This document shows positions 22,674-36,130 of a DNA stretch of 64,000 nt, piece after piece. The translations under genes were made by a program, and so were the position numbers. This DNA comes from Marsupella aquatica (lineage: Eukaryota > Plantae > Marchantiophyta), in assembly GCA_973895155.1 (NCBI GenBank), contig OZ316895.1, positions 20,412,803-20,476,802 of the forward strand, read 5' to 3'. Position 1 is the stretch's first letter, and each line of letters starts with the position of its first letter. The notes beneath the pieces are model-generated. The model worked only from the letters and a program-made list of their open reading frames with translations. It ran no database searches and had not been told where the DNA came from.

Positions 22674-25600
22674 TGTCGGATGCCAAATTAGGTAGTAGTT
22701 CTAACTAAAGTTAAAAATGGACTAACTATAGTTAGAAGTAACCCCAGTTAGAAGTAGACGTAAGGTTAAAGTAAGTAAACTGATGCACAATGGGTCAAGG
22801 AGATTAAGTAGGGATAGTTAGGAAGGTCTTAGTTAAAGTCTAGTTGAATTAGGATAGGTTAGGAAATCTCAAGAAGTAAAAGTAGAAAGTGACAAATGGT
22901 CTACTCTGCAGAATTATAGAAAAGTCTCCAAATAGAGTTAGACCTGGAAATCCAGTAAGTAGATAGTCTTAGGTTCAAGGGACACACTGGCAAAATTTCA
23001 GACAAAACGAAGGGCAGGGCACAATGCTGGAGATTTATGAAACTGGAGCTTTGTTATAAGTACACTTAAGACGGGATACCATAGAAGTAGGGGCGAGTTC
23101 TGAGTACAAAGCAAGTAGTGCTACGGGAGTTTTTCTAGGAGCCAGGTGTCATCATGGGAGTCCTTCTCATAAGGATACAAAATGCAGGGACAATCTACGT
23201 AGAAGCCAAGGAAGGAGCAGCAACAATCAGGCAGAAATTCAAGGGTGTAATTAAGGGAAACGAACATCCTTCTATAAGGACAATGTGAATTGACTCGGGA
23301 GAAGCGGAGGAACCACAGAAATTGCCTGAAGGTAAGGCATGAATTGAATTGAGCTACCGGGAGAAACTCTGTGGTATTGGAAGGAACTCTTGGGATAAGA
23401 AAATCTCATCCCCCGGGCAATCTAGTGGTGGCAAAAGATTCAATTTCGTGCCGCTGCAATTGAAGCTTGGTTGCTAATGGGGAAATTGTTGGTAATTGCC
23501 TGAAGCTTTGTATTGTTGGAGTCCGCTGTTGGGGAACTCGCTGCTGAAGAGAGTGGTGTTGTGCTGCCATTGAACTCGTTATGGCTGCTGTGTTGAGCAT
23601 AGATGACATTTGTAACGGCAAACCTATGAAACATCCAACGCACAATAGTTGACACAGAGAGATACGTGGTTCACCTCCACATGAGGCTACGTCCACAGGA
23701 ACACACAAGAGCTTTACTGCACTCTAGGCCGACCGGCCATACCAAGCATCCACAGCACAAGCTCTTCCTATCTCTCAACTAGCTCCGTAACAATGAGCCT
23801 AAGTTCCACCAGGGTCTAGCATCAGCCCTGGCTATATACACAACAGCACTACCGCTAACATTAGCTAAGTCCTAACCCGAGTTAGACTAACTGTGGTTAG
23901 CTCATGAGTCACAAGACGAGCAATATCTAACAAACTCCCCCTTGACTCTTGTCTTGGGGACTGGACTAAATGCTATCATATGGAATCCTCAACGGGAAGT
24001 TCTAGACAATCACCAAACCAGGTCTCCCCCTAAAAACCACAAGGGTTAACTAAGGGTTAACTAGAACTAAGCCGTAGCCAAACAGGAATGAGTAATCCAT
24101 ATACAAAATAGTCACACATTGCTAAATAACTCTACTTGCACTACAACTGCAAAACCTGCAAAGTAGCACGGTGTCTTGAGAAATGGGCTGTCTCCTCATG
24201 AGATAATGTTTCATGGGCTTGCCGTTACAAATGTCGTCTATGCTCAACAAGTGGTATCAGAGCATGCCTGGGAGGTGACGAGGTTTTTTTGTGACAGGTT
24301 TTTCAAGCATTCATTGTTAATGGTACATTCGGAGTTTCGTCGCATGAAACTCGAATGTGTGTGGCTGTGCGGATAGGTTAGTGAGAGTGCGTTCTAACGG
24401 TGGTTAGAACTCGCTGATCGGTATCCGTGGTGCGGAGAAATTGAAATTTGCGTCATTCAGGTTTTTATTCGTGTTTAACGGCTTTTCGAGGGAGAGACCA
24501 GAGTTCGCATTTTTCAACGGTGTGAGCTATGCGGTGCGGAAGGGATCGCATTTTATAGCTCAAGTTGATGGTTGAAGCGAGCTGGTCGTTTCGGTAGTTG
24601 TGTTGCTGCCGAGTTGTTACCGAGTGCAACGTGATGAGTGAAGGAGACATTCGGGTTTTTTCACAAGCTATGGAGCTTGTTCTCATCTGAACCGGGTTTC
24701 TCTTCGTGACGTCCGACTCGGTGGAAGAGACGCGAAGTGCCATGGCTCAACGGTTTGATCGTGGCAAGGCGGTCATTTTGAGCCCGGGATTGGCACTTGA
24801 CGCGGTGTGAAGGCGATGCGGCGGAAGCTTTTACAGTGCTGGAGTTGCAAACGGCGCCGGTGTGATTCGGCAAAAAATCCCGTCGGTAACTCGTTGTTTT
24901 CTCATTGGAAACGGTGGCAGTTTAGGTTTGTAACCGGCCTTGTTTGTGATTAAATTGGCATTTTTTGGGGTATCGTATCGGGCGTATCGGGCGTCCCCCC
25001 TCGTACTGTATTCCCTTCCCCCCGCCCGAACTTGTCTTTTGCCGCAGCGGCGTGTGTGTTCCCGTGGACGTAGCCTCATGCGGAGGTGAACCACGTATCT
25101 CTCTGTGTCGACTATTGTGCGTTGGATGTTTCATGGGCTTGCCGTTACGAATGTCGTCTATGCTCAACATGCTGCGCTATTGAGAAGTCCTGGTCCTACT
25201 TCACTAAAGCTTGATGCTGCTGAAGAAAATTTGATCCTGCTACTCGCTGCTACTTGAACTTGAAGCTGCTGTCCTGGACTTGCTGTTGCGGACTGGAAGC
25301 AACCTTAGTGTTGGCTCGAAGCTATTGGAAGATTGAATGTTGCCCTGATGCTGAGGATAGTTTGGTGCTATGAGAATCTTGATGCTGGAGCTTCATGCTG
25401 CTGATCAGTCAAAGCTCTGATAGGAGAAGCTCTAATCAAGAAATTACTGCTGAGCTCTTTGCTGCTAAGCTATGGAGAGCCGCTGCTGCAGCTAAGATTG
25501 GCTGAAAAGCTACACTGCGGGATAGAGTTGACTCGTTGCAGCTTAGTGCTGCTGAAGGAAATCAAATAGAGCTGGCTAAGTAAGGTTGTTGCTGAATAAG

Positions 25601-27571
25601 AGAAGCTACGTTGCTTCTATGCTGAGAATTGTGGATAGAGCATACTGCTGCGAGCTTCTCAGTAAGCTGCTGGAGCAGCTTCGTGCTGCTGAGTAGCTAT
25701 GGAGAAGTAGAGCTTGGGAGCTAGGCTGATAGAAGTCAGTGTTGCGGAGGTGAGCTTGCTGATTTATGAGCTATGGAGTAGCTGCTAGGGAGAGCATGAA
25801 GCAGCAGCACTTCGCCGCTGCTCGCGACTTGTGAAGGGAGGAAAAAAAATTGCATTTCGCGAGTAGTCTTCGCGAAAGGAGGAAAAGGGGGTGGTCTTTG
25901 CCAAAACTTACCTGGTAGTTGGCTGTCGGCGGCTGGGCTTGAACTCGCGGGCTTGAACTCGCGACCTGCTGTTTGCTAGGGACTTCATTCGGGATACCAA
26001 GGGAGCGTCCTTAGCTCTTCGTTTAAGGAGTTCGTAGCAACTCTACTTAACCTTTCCGCAACATCGGTTCTGAGCCGTTTTAAGGACTTTGAGGCCGGGT
26101 CTAGGCCAGCAGGGGGACTAGGGAGACCAGGGGAGGGCCCAGCAGGGGTGCCTCGGCTTCATGGAGGCCCGGGAAACCATTTTTTTTATCCCAATAGGAT
26201 ATGCTAAGGAGTTTTCATGAAGGCTTGAAAACCACTATTTGTAATAACTTGTCGGGCTATTATGAAGCCCAACACTTGAGAGGTGCTGGTATACGATGAG
26301 TTGTTGCTAGATAGCTTGGCCTTGCACTCGCACAGTAGCCATAGAATAACTGCTAATGCCAGCATTCTAGTTGGAACCAACTCAAGCGATAGTTGTACTA
26401 TTCGGGTAAGTTTACAACTGTGTAAAAGCTGACCTGTACTTCTGTGGTAACCCGAGTCTCAGCGGCAAAACCCGAAACTCAATGGTAACCTGAAACTCAG
26501 TGACGTATTAACCCTCAGTTGTAGGCCGAACTTGGAGTTGTTACCGTGAGAAATATTGTGTTCCAGTTAGTTTACAACTTGCGCGGTTAGTTGTAAGAGT
26601 TACCGAAGGGGGTACCCTGGTTACTCGTCTCGCCGAGAGGTTGCCGCTGTTTAGGTTTTGTGTGGAAACCAGAGTACTGGTTGTAGTTAAGTTAACCTGC
26701 AGTAAAATAGAGATTTAACCAGGGTTAAACTTTAGCAAGAAAGTAGTAAGTTTGCCGTAACTACTAACCTGAGTTAGCACCTTAGGCTTGGTTTGGTTTG
26801 GCGTGGGTTTGGTTTGGAGCCCTGAGGTGTGGAAATAAAGAGGAGAAGCAGGGGGCTGTCTCCTCACTTGTTCAGCTGTCCACTTTCTTAGAGGCTGGGA
26901 GCTTGGGGGCTGGGCTCTTCCTTAGAGAGCAGCAGCATGAGCTTGAGGCACTAGGAAGGGGGGAAATGTGAACGAGTCCACTAGGTAGGCAGCAAGGAGA
27001 AGGTCAAGGGAGGTGTTGTGATCTGAACTTGTTTCTATTCTCTCTAGTAAAGACTTGCGTGTAACCCTCAGTCTTGAAGCAGCTGTCTAGTGAGATGTCG
27101 AACCAGTGAGCATGTATGTGGACTTAGATGTGATTTGATACCGGAGAGGTGAAGCTTGAAGCTTGAGGATGAGAGCAGGGTCAGCACTTGTCTTGTTGGG
27201 ATAGCAAGTGGTAATCCTGCAGTCCTTTGTGAAGGAAACAGGGTACTCTCTTGGGTGACGGTTATGTAAGGAGTCTGCGGGGACAGCTTGTGGGTGTCCA
27301 CTGATCGTGTTGAGATCGGGAGTGGGGTGTTGGGAGTGTTTTCCAGTGGGAGAGCAGGGGAGAGATAACCACCCTTCAAGGTTACCTTTCCAGCGGTGGA
27401 AGTAAAATTACCCAGTTGGGTGTGTGAGTGAAGAAGAAGAGAGAGATTAAGGGAAAGTGACCTACTGTCCTGCTATTCGCCCGTCCTAGGAACCCGGACA
27501 ACGATAAGAAGGGGCAATAGTGGTAGATTTAACTCTAGTGAAGAGTTAAGCCCCATTGCAAGGTGTTGACA
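22674..27571. mobile_element. Large solo LTR (~3.3 kb without the nested insert), probably Ty3/gypsy
   Basis: TGTC...GACA termini with TSD GCAAT (22669-22673, 27572-27576). No recognisable coding domains. Internal GCTGCTG-rich tract. Confidence 0.65.
23591..25169. mobile_element. Rearranged copia derivative bounded by two U5 ends in inverted orientation
   Basis: Minus-strand 3' LTR at 23591-23932, then PPT, 3' UTR and RNase H tail to ~24183. Next, on the plus strand, a U5 fragment (~24207-24249), PBS (24252-24263), leader to ~25045 and an R/U5 fragment (25053-25169). Flanked by TGCTG on both sides. Confidence 0.85.
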
Positions 27572-30500
27572 GCAATATAAGGTTAGACCATATTAAAAGA
27601 AAATACAGTGATGGATGAACCTTGAAGAAGAAAGGTGTTACATTATTGAATGATAAAAATTCTTTAAGAGAAACAAGTAAAAATAGTATAAGGTACGACC
27701 AGATTAAAACTAAGTAGAAGTGAATCTTACAATTATTCTTAAATCTAACCAGGGAAATATAACATTAAAATATAATATGGAAACAGGTGCGGGATCTTCT
27801 CAGCATCCTCTCCTTCATACAAGGCAACATTGGCCCACCAGGCAAGAAAGGAAAAACCTGAAAATTACCCTTCTCAGAAACATTGCCAAGGAAATCCCTA
27901 TCCACAGTCCAAGATCCTTGCCTGGAAAAACAAACACCAAGATACAAGATGACAGACTGATTGGGAAAATAGCTTCAGAGTACACCAACGGAGGCTGAGA
28001 CAACGCAAGCAGGTAATTTAATTAAGAGCCCCTACGTTAGTAACAAGGAGGAGCCAAGACAAAAGAGGGAGATGGGGGGTGGGGGGGGGGGGGGCGGCGT
28101 TGAGGAATGAAATATCACAAGCAGCAGAGTACAACAGTGTGTTAGACTCTTCAAATAAGACAAAAATGTCACCAAAATGTTGTCCTCTAAGAGGCTTCCC
28201 CCTTGGAGCATCTCCAGCTGTACAGACAAATAACCTTGTAACTACCAAATTCTGCTTTCAGCAGTCGAAGAGGGTTGGTTCCCAGCTGGTCCCTGTATCC
28301 CCAAATGCTTTGTCTTCGACTATCCTGGCCGCAACATTTTCCTGGAATGGTGTACAGTCACTGGCTAGTACTGCCATCCAACTCTGCATACACAGCCTTG
28401 GCTGCATGCTGGGAAGACCCAAAAGTTAATCAAATATAGCATCAGAACTGTTTATATGAAATTCCCGCTAAAGCCAATGATGACTTGTGCTCTTCCTCAG
28501 GCAATCTGGTTGAGGCACTTTTGCATTTTGTAGCTGGGGCAGTCTACAGTAGCTTGGCGAAATAATCTTGAATACCATTATCTAGGTTTGTGAGAGAACA
28601 AATTATGGATCAAAGGAGCCCATAGAGTGTGGATACTGGATAGAGACATTTAGTTCACATGTGGGATGAAGCATAGGGACATAATGGTCACTTTAAATCA
28701 AGATTTTTCGTATCTCTAAATTAACTTTTGGAATTCGTTTTGACTATTTGCAACATAGTTGCCCAATTTCTCATTGTGAAATAACGGAAATTAAAGTTAT
28801 TGTAAACCACAATGTTTGACACTCTCAAATTTTCTTTCTGATATAGTATCCTGTGTAAGAATGCTCACATTTCTATGTGTAAAAGAACTTGGGTCAATTA
28901 TTGAGGTCATCACCTCTGTCAACAAGAGGGCATCTCAAAACTCAGCCATACCAGGATAATGGGAAACTCAATAGCTATGGGAACTCCCAGAAAAAAATTT
29001 GGTAGCCAATCATTGGTTACTGTACGGAAGCCCGCAAGTTTAGCACTGTCTTGACCAATAAACTTAACAACTTTTCTCTAACTTTGAGCGAGAATCCGAG
29101 AATTAATAAATTTGGAACATACAATTGTAATCATGTGGGCATTGAGCCTGATGTGGTGATTGATGTTGCATTTGGGGGAATATTTAACCAAGAATGAATG
29201 AAAAGGTATATATGCTATGAGATTGAAGGAAGACCTTAATCTTTTCTTAGGGGTGCCGTCAATGGTATCTCCCCCTTTTTTTAGAATGCTTAGCTGGTCC
29301 CATAAAGAAAAGTTACATAATGGACCATAATTATGGACCCCACTAGAGGTCCCTTCCAAAATTCAAGACTCCACAGCGCACCACATTATCGAGATACACC
29401 GCAAACAGGTACGTATTGGTTTACAAAATAAAATTGCTTCAACATTCGTGTTTGTGGCATGATTTTGGTAAAACCTTGATGTAAAACTGTTTTAAACGTA
29501 ACCATTTTATTTACCCTAGGTAACAGAATGTTGAAGTAGTAGTAGACTTGTAACCATTTTTTAACCCCTAATAACCGATTGCCCACCCTCTTTATGATTC
29601 AATTCCCCAATAAATAACCAATAATAAAATTAATAATAAATTAAATCTTGCGACCCATTATACTCCAGGGCGCAAAATACTCCAGGGCCCAAATAATTAG
29701 ATTCAGTATGGACAACTGCAAAGTCCATGTGTATGAAATTTGCAAGCGGCACGCACACAAGTAGCCCTGGGCACAAATGCACGAGGAAAAACGAAGGGCA
29801 CAAACTCACAAGGCTGTTTGAAGTGCTGCATGACTAGTCCCAATAAAGATACCCATTGTCCAACATATATCAATATTGTATAACACATTTATCTATATCA
29901 ATAACTATCTACTTTTCAATCTCAATCAAAACAGGTGGGGGTCCACAAACTAATTGTGTAACTTCAACCACTAACCTCATTATTTATTCCTTGGATTTAA
30001 ATAGAGACAAGAGAAGACAAACAAACCCTTGCCAAAAACATTTCCTTCTTATATAGTTCATTTTTGCTCACTTTCAATGCCCTGTTTTACAATTATTATC
30101 TTACACCTTCACTCTAGACAATAGTCCATGGTTTGATGGCGCTTTTTTAATTAGATGCCTTAATAACTGATTAAACCACCACCACTGTCCATATAAAAGA
30201 ATAAGTGTCCAACACTCCTCATTTTTCATATTTCTCCCCTCAGCGTGAGACTTTGCTCCACAATTAAGCCATAGCCAAAACCTGTCCTCCACTCTAGCGC
30301 ATGTTATGAGGCCCAAATGCTAAACCTTGTCTCCTAGCTACAGGAGGAGAAGCTAACGTACTCGCGTTAGCGGACCCCTACCGCTCTGTCAAACAGAGCG
30401 GTCGGGAGCGTATGCATCATAATTATCACCACACCGATAGATCATGACTGGAGTCTTGCACCCGTTTTACGATTACACGTGGTAAACCAACGCAACTGGT

Positions 30501-32057
30501 ACGAAGTATGACGCAGCTCATTTGTACACCGTCTGACAGCTTATCCGCACAATTCACGAGGTCCGGGCTGGGGCGCGACGCAAACAGGGATTATGCTCGT
30601 GCGCGGGGTACCACAGCTCAGTGGGGCCGGTTTGCGCAGAGGGATCAAAAGTCAGGACCGTCGGTGTCGGGCGCCGTCGCCTCCACGCATCGCCGTTGTG
30701 AACGACTTATCCGGACCGTAGTCCTGAGTCCTGACTGCACGTGACCACAAGAATAGGCTAGTGAGAGACGGAAGCAGCAGATTGACACCGTTCTCCAGTT
30801 TGCGCAATTAATAGAATCGTGGCCGTAGGCTCGCGAATTGCCTTGGTTAAGGTGAGGGGTTTTGTTTTTCATCGTTGGTGCTTTTGGAGGTGCTTTTGGA
30901 GGTGAGGAGTGAATATTTTAGGCATCAAACTACATGCTTGATGGACCCCAACTCAAAGTTTTCTCCTCAGCCAACCCCATGAGGTTTTGGATACTTGGAT
31001 TTAAGGTCTATCAAATTCTATCAACAGTCTGGGTCACTCATGGGGTTTATGAAATAACAGTTTTCATTTGGGGTCCATCAAGCACATACCTTGCAATATC
31101 TTGTTTACAAATCTATCATATTCAACATACTTTATGTGGTTCAGACACCTTTTGCATTACACAGAGTTATACAGAGCTGTGGGAGCATCTTCCAACTCTT
31201 AAGAAGAGTCTAGGGATGTGGTCGCTAGTGTCTCCCTTGATAATTCAGTGTTCCATTCATAAATTTGACGTTAGTCTCACACAGTCAATTATATTTGACA
31301 AAATAATTCATAAAGCAACACCAGTCAGCCTTAACTGTATACATTTTGTACTGTGGAAACCCTCCTGTGAGTCTTCTTTTGTATTTTCAGTAACCCTCCT
31401 AGTCTTCTTTTGTATTTTCATTATGGACAGGGTCATAATCTCCTTGCCCCAAAATTCTCTCATTCTGAATCTCTTTGTTATTAGGAAAAATCAAGGCTCA
31501 TACTCCTGTTAATTGTAATTTTTGGAAGACTTGCAAAGAGTGTTTGTGCTCTGTAATCCATGTACTGTTCATGAACAGCCCATCCATGGTTTATTTACAA
31601 AAAGTCTTTCACAAGTTTTGGTTTTGTAATTCTGGCGTTTATTTCTACTATCGACACCTTGTTTTGAGGAATCAATTCTGCAATTCCCCATCAATCTAGG
31701 CATGTGTGACTTGAAATAGAAAAGTTTTACCATCTTTCCTTTCTTTACACACTATTGCACCATCTTAACTTAATGATTTTTTCCAAAACTCTCTCAAGTG
31801 ATAACAGGCAGTGCGTACCATAACATCCCCTCAACTTGGACCAAAGCCCTCCTATTCAGGTCCTTTCTGGGACACATATCAAAGGGGGGCTTTACAAGAT
31901 GGTGGGGGCAGTTTAGTCCTCGGTTCAGTCTTTCTCCATCCAGAGCAAAATTGATGGCCATTTTTTTCCACAAAAGTTAAAATGCCTAAGCCAAAATGTG
32001 TCAGGTTTGGAAGTAATCAATGCAATTCCTTGAAAATAAGCAGCCCTTAGCTCTAAG

Positions 32058-32320
32058 TTTTTAGACCACCTCATCAAGAGGAGGTCTAAGTTTTTGACAA
32101 AAAAAAGCTTGCACACCTCAGCAAAAGAAGGGACCCACAAGGGGCCCACTGACAGATGACTAGGTTCCGTAATGCTTTTGGTTCATTGTGTCCCCAACTT
32201 CATGGAAAGTGAAAATGTGGCCAGTTCTCACATATGAATGGTTAAGATTGCATCTTTCACCTACATAAAAAAGAATTGTTGCCCCCAAGTTCTTGTAAAG
32301 CCACCCTAAACCCTGAGTAC
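32058..32320 (-). repeat. Dispersed repeat, homologous to 5865-6100
   Basis: Same shared blocks as listed for 5865-6100. Confidence 0.65.
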
Positions 32321-35300
32321 CTGCAAAATTGCTGCTGGTGAGACACAAACACGACTCTACCATCTGGTGTGTGGGACACCCACATCATATTGCAATTTGC
32401 GGCCTAACACAACAAAACACTATCAACCGGTCAGACGCCGTCGCAGTCATGGATCGCCGTCGAGGGCTGCCGTTGTGGACGACCGTGTTACACACCCGTT
32501 CGGATTGCGCAGAGTAAGATTACGCAAATCTCGTTTGGGCAGCACGATTACTTATCCATATTGGAGAATGTGACGAGGAACGATCAAATCGTCGGAAAAT
32601 GGCAACTTTTATCCACATGCAAAACCGCTCTTCTTCTTCTTCCGGCTAACGGTCAAATCTCCAGCTAAGCTCGCGATTTGCGGGAATTTGGCGGGGCAGC
32701 CTCGTGTCTCACAGATTTAGTTTTGCACAAATCGCGCACAAAGAAGTGTGGAAATGGAATCTGATTCCTAATCCGGGGGTTCGACTCTTGGTTTTGGATC
32801 GACAGGAATGGCAAACCCTCATGTGGGCGATTCCGAATTGCTTTACTAAAGAAAGGCAAGACGGTGTTGTGAAGTTCGGAGATGGATGTGAGAGTTTGGT
32901 TTCGATGACTGGTTGTGAAACCGGTGATAGAAGATGATTGCAAACAGGATTGCTGTTTTTGTCGCCCTATGTACGATCGTGCGTAGGAGGAGCTGGAGGA
33001 TCGAAAAGCATCGAAAGTGTACTACGATTCCATGTCGGAATTGACTGTGCAGAACATTCACTGCGGAGAGGGGGGAGAATGCGCGATCGTGGAGAGGATC
33101 GAGGCGGAGGTTACTGCCGTTGATATTAGAGTGCGTCCATGAATCTACACGGGTACAGTAGAGGGAGCTTTTTCTTCCCCGTTGCGGCGAGGGCAGGACA
33201 GCGAGCGAGACAGTGGGCGATGGAAGTACCACAGATTTCACAAGCCGAGAGAAAAGCGTACACGCGAGGAATGACGATGCCTAATGTGCTACTGTTTACC
33301 GGCCGATTGTAGGGATCGAACAAACGAGGAGAGGAGAGGGGACTGGGGAGGACCGGAGACGGAAGCGTCTGCTTGGAAAGAGGAGCGAGGTGAGCGGCCG
33401 GGCGAATGATGATCTCCCTCGAGGTGGAATTGGGGAATCCTTGGCTTTGCTCAAAGCACTGTAGTGTGCTTTACTGTTGTGACTCAGATCGGTGGGACCA
33501 TCACGCAAGCCCCGAAAATAGCCAAACTTGGGCAGGCCGGGCACGTCAGGGCAGAGCTGGATGGATGTTTTGAGGTAAGGACAGAAAGTAACGTAAAGCA
33601 GAGTTTCTGTCATGTCTTTTATGAGGCTGAGGCCTTGAGGAGTTTGGTATTGCCGTTTCTCCACGAGCAGAAGAGTCTGGTAACTTTTGCAGGACCGGGC
33701 AATCAAGGCAGTACACAGATTGGAGTGTGGAACAGAATTTGGGACTTGGGAGGGCCTTCATAGTTTAATCATTCTTTGGGCGAGGAGGTACAGTACACGA
33801 GAATCGCTGCTTTTCAGGAGGCAAGGAACCTAGAGGCGTTTATAATTATAAACGAACCGGCCTGACTCGAGGTCTTACGCATGCCTGATTGAGAATCGAG
33901 AGGGCAAAGAGTCACTCACGCGGGCATCCAGGAATATAATTGCAAGCTGCACGCTATAAATTATTAAGCACCTTTAGGACCGTGAGCCACGCATCACTGC
34001 CTGAATGCTGACTGACGGGACTCTGAGACGGATAAGTGAGTAGAACACTACGTGCGCTGCGCTGCTAGAGTGCTCAGCTTTGCGACGGTTGGTGGCTTCT
34101 ATGTGTAACAACACCACGAGACGGGAAGAAGAAGAAAAGGAACAAAAGCGGTGGAAGACGCGGACGGGTTGGGCCAAACGTGACAGATAAGGAGAAAGAA
34201 AGAAAGAAAGAAGAGTTACGTTCCGCAGGAAAGAAGACAAATTCAATGTCCATCCAATTCGCCCTTTGCGTAGCGTGAAGTCGTGCATCAAATGAATGAT
34301 TGACCGGCTGGCGTGTTCACGGAGGGGTGAGGCGATCGATGAAGTCCGTAACGGCAGGTTCGAGAGGCGGTTGTAGGTAGAGAGAGGAGAGAGAGACGGA
34401 GGGACAGAGTTTGTTGTCCATCTACCGTGCTTCGTGCTCGACACTGAAATTGGAGCGATCCTTTGGCTACAGGTCTCTTTCTAGCGTCTACCCGAGCCCA
34501 GGAGGGTTAGAAGAGCAAAACGACGAGCACGACGACGAGTTTCTTCAATTGGATTGTGGAGGACCACGTCTCGAGGGGAGACATGTGCGGATGATTGGCG
34601 GATGGTCGACGGATGAATGGATGTTGGAACTCGTGGGGGTTGGAAATGGAATTCCAGGTGGTCGTCGATAGTCAACGAGACAGTTATCCTATTGAATGTT
34701 GCCTCTCAGAAACGGATCATGAGAAATGTTTGAATTCGTAGGTGTGCATCCCTATGCTGAGTCCATTTCGCGGGTGCTGGACATAGCGGACGCTGCGGCA
34801 ACCTCAATCTATCGGTATAGTTAGAACAATCTCGCACAAAGGAGTCTAGGAGGAGCTTCGATGATGGCGCAAATTACGATTCCTTCTTCGAGACAATTTG
34901 TTCCGGCACTCTCCGATCGTAATTTCCTCGCCCTTCCTCTTTCCCCAAGCTTGCTTCCTTGATGTCATTCATTGCCCTGTCACCGTCTCACCCACCCAAC
35001 TGGCCACAATTTGTTATGGGACTCTGCGCCCGTAATTCTCGCGACCCTCTCTCCATTCCTTTGCTGTCGTCTTTACACCAGCCAAGGTAAACACCATTGG
35101 CAGTGTGCTCAAAAGTTCTCTGCTCCTTTTTCGCGTCTTCCTCTCTAATTTTGCTGTCTGTCATTCATTGCTCTGCCATCGTCTCTGAACTAGCAAAGCA
35201 AGCTCTCACGAGTGCAGTAGCCTCCAAATTGGGAAACGGAATTGGTCCAAATTTCATGCATCCCTCTCTGAAGCTGCGAGAACAGAAATCTCTTTGGTCG

Positions 35301-36130
35301 GGCTTTGCTTATGTGATTCATCGTTCTGCCATCGCCTCTATACCAGGAAAGGCAAATGCAATTGGCAGTGTGGTCACGAGGCCCGTAGACTTCTTTCAAT
35401 CGTTAACCTCAATATTCCGTGTTCCATCTTTCATTATCTCCCTCTTTAAGATTGCGTGATTCTATGGGGTTGCTCTGCTCCGAAAGGAGAAATGTCTCTG
35501 GTCGGGAATGGACCGCGATTTTGTAAAATGTTTTGAAAGCCTTTCTTTCCGGCGTGTATCTTTACGCGGCGCACGGGCAACGGCGAGGATGCTCGTCTCC
35601 CGAGAGCAAAGGCCTCCGACAGAAAGCCATGCGTTTCAGGAGCATGGACAGTTGCTTCCTTTGAGCTGTCGATGTGCCCAAGTCCTCGCTTTGTGGGTGC
35701 ATCCAGCCAATAATCGGATTCGTGGACGTTTGTTAGTTCGTCGTCGTAAACTTTGGATAAAGTATCGCGTCAGCTCTAATCTTTTTCATTGGATGTACAT
35801 CCTAGTTCGCCAAGTCTATTTATAGAGGGTTTGAGAGAGAGTGCGGAAACGGGTGTATTCCAGCGAGAAGATCAGATCAAATGATATTTTTAGTGAACGA
35901 GGAAGTAGTCCGACGATGGACTGAGCAAGCCCTTTCATTCTCTGCTTCATGCAAAAAAATTGGGGTTGGGAAAGTATTTTGGGATCATGGACTCTGGTTT
36001 TCAAATTTAGGCACGTCATTGAAATCTGACCTCAGTCGTGATTTGGAAGCGAATGTGTCGAGCTGTTTACTATCGTTGCCCTCTGGTTACTGTCTCCTCA
36101 AGGGTCGGATGATTTTAGACATGAGTTTGG

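Noticed and set aside
30934-31700. 192-aa plus-strand ORF, and a kinase-like ILGQGDY on the minus strand
   Set aside because: No further kinase motifs; the minus strand is full of stops and the plus-strand ORF has no recognisable features.
32300-32390. CCCTAAACCCT and a USE-like ACCCACATC as a telomerase RNA or snRNA gene
   Set aside because: The elements are in the wrong order, there is no correctly spaced TATA, and the telomere-like motif lies within a dispersed repeat.
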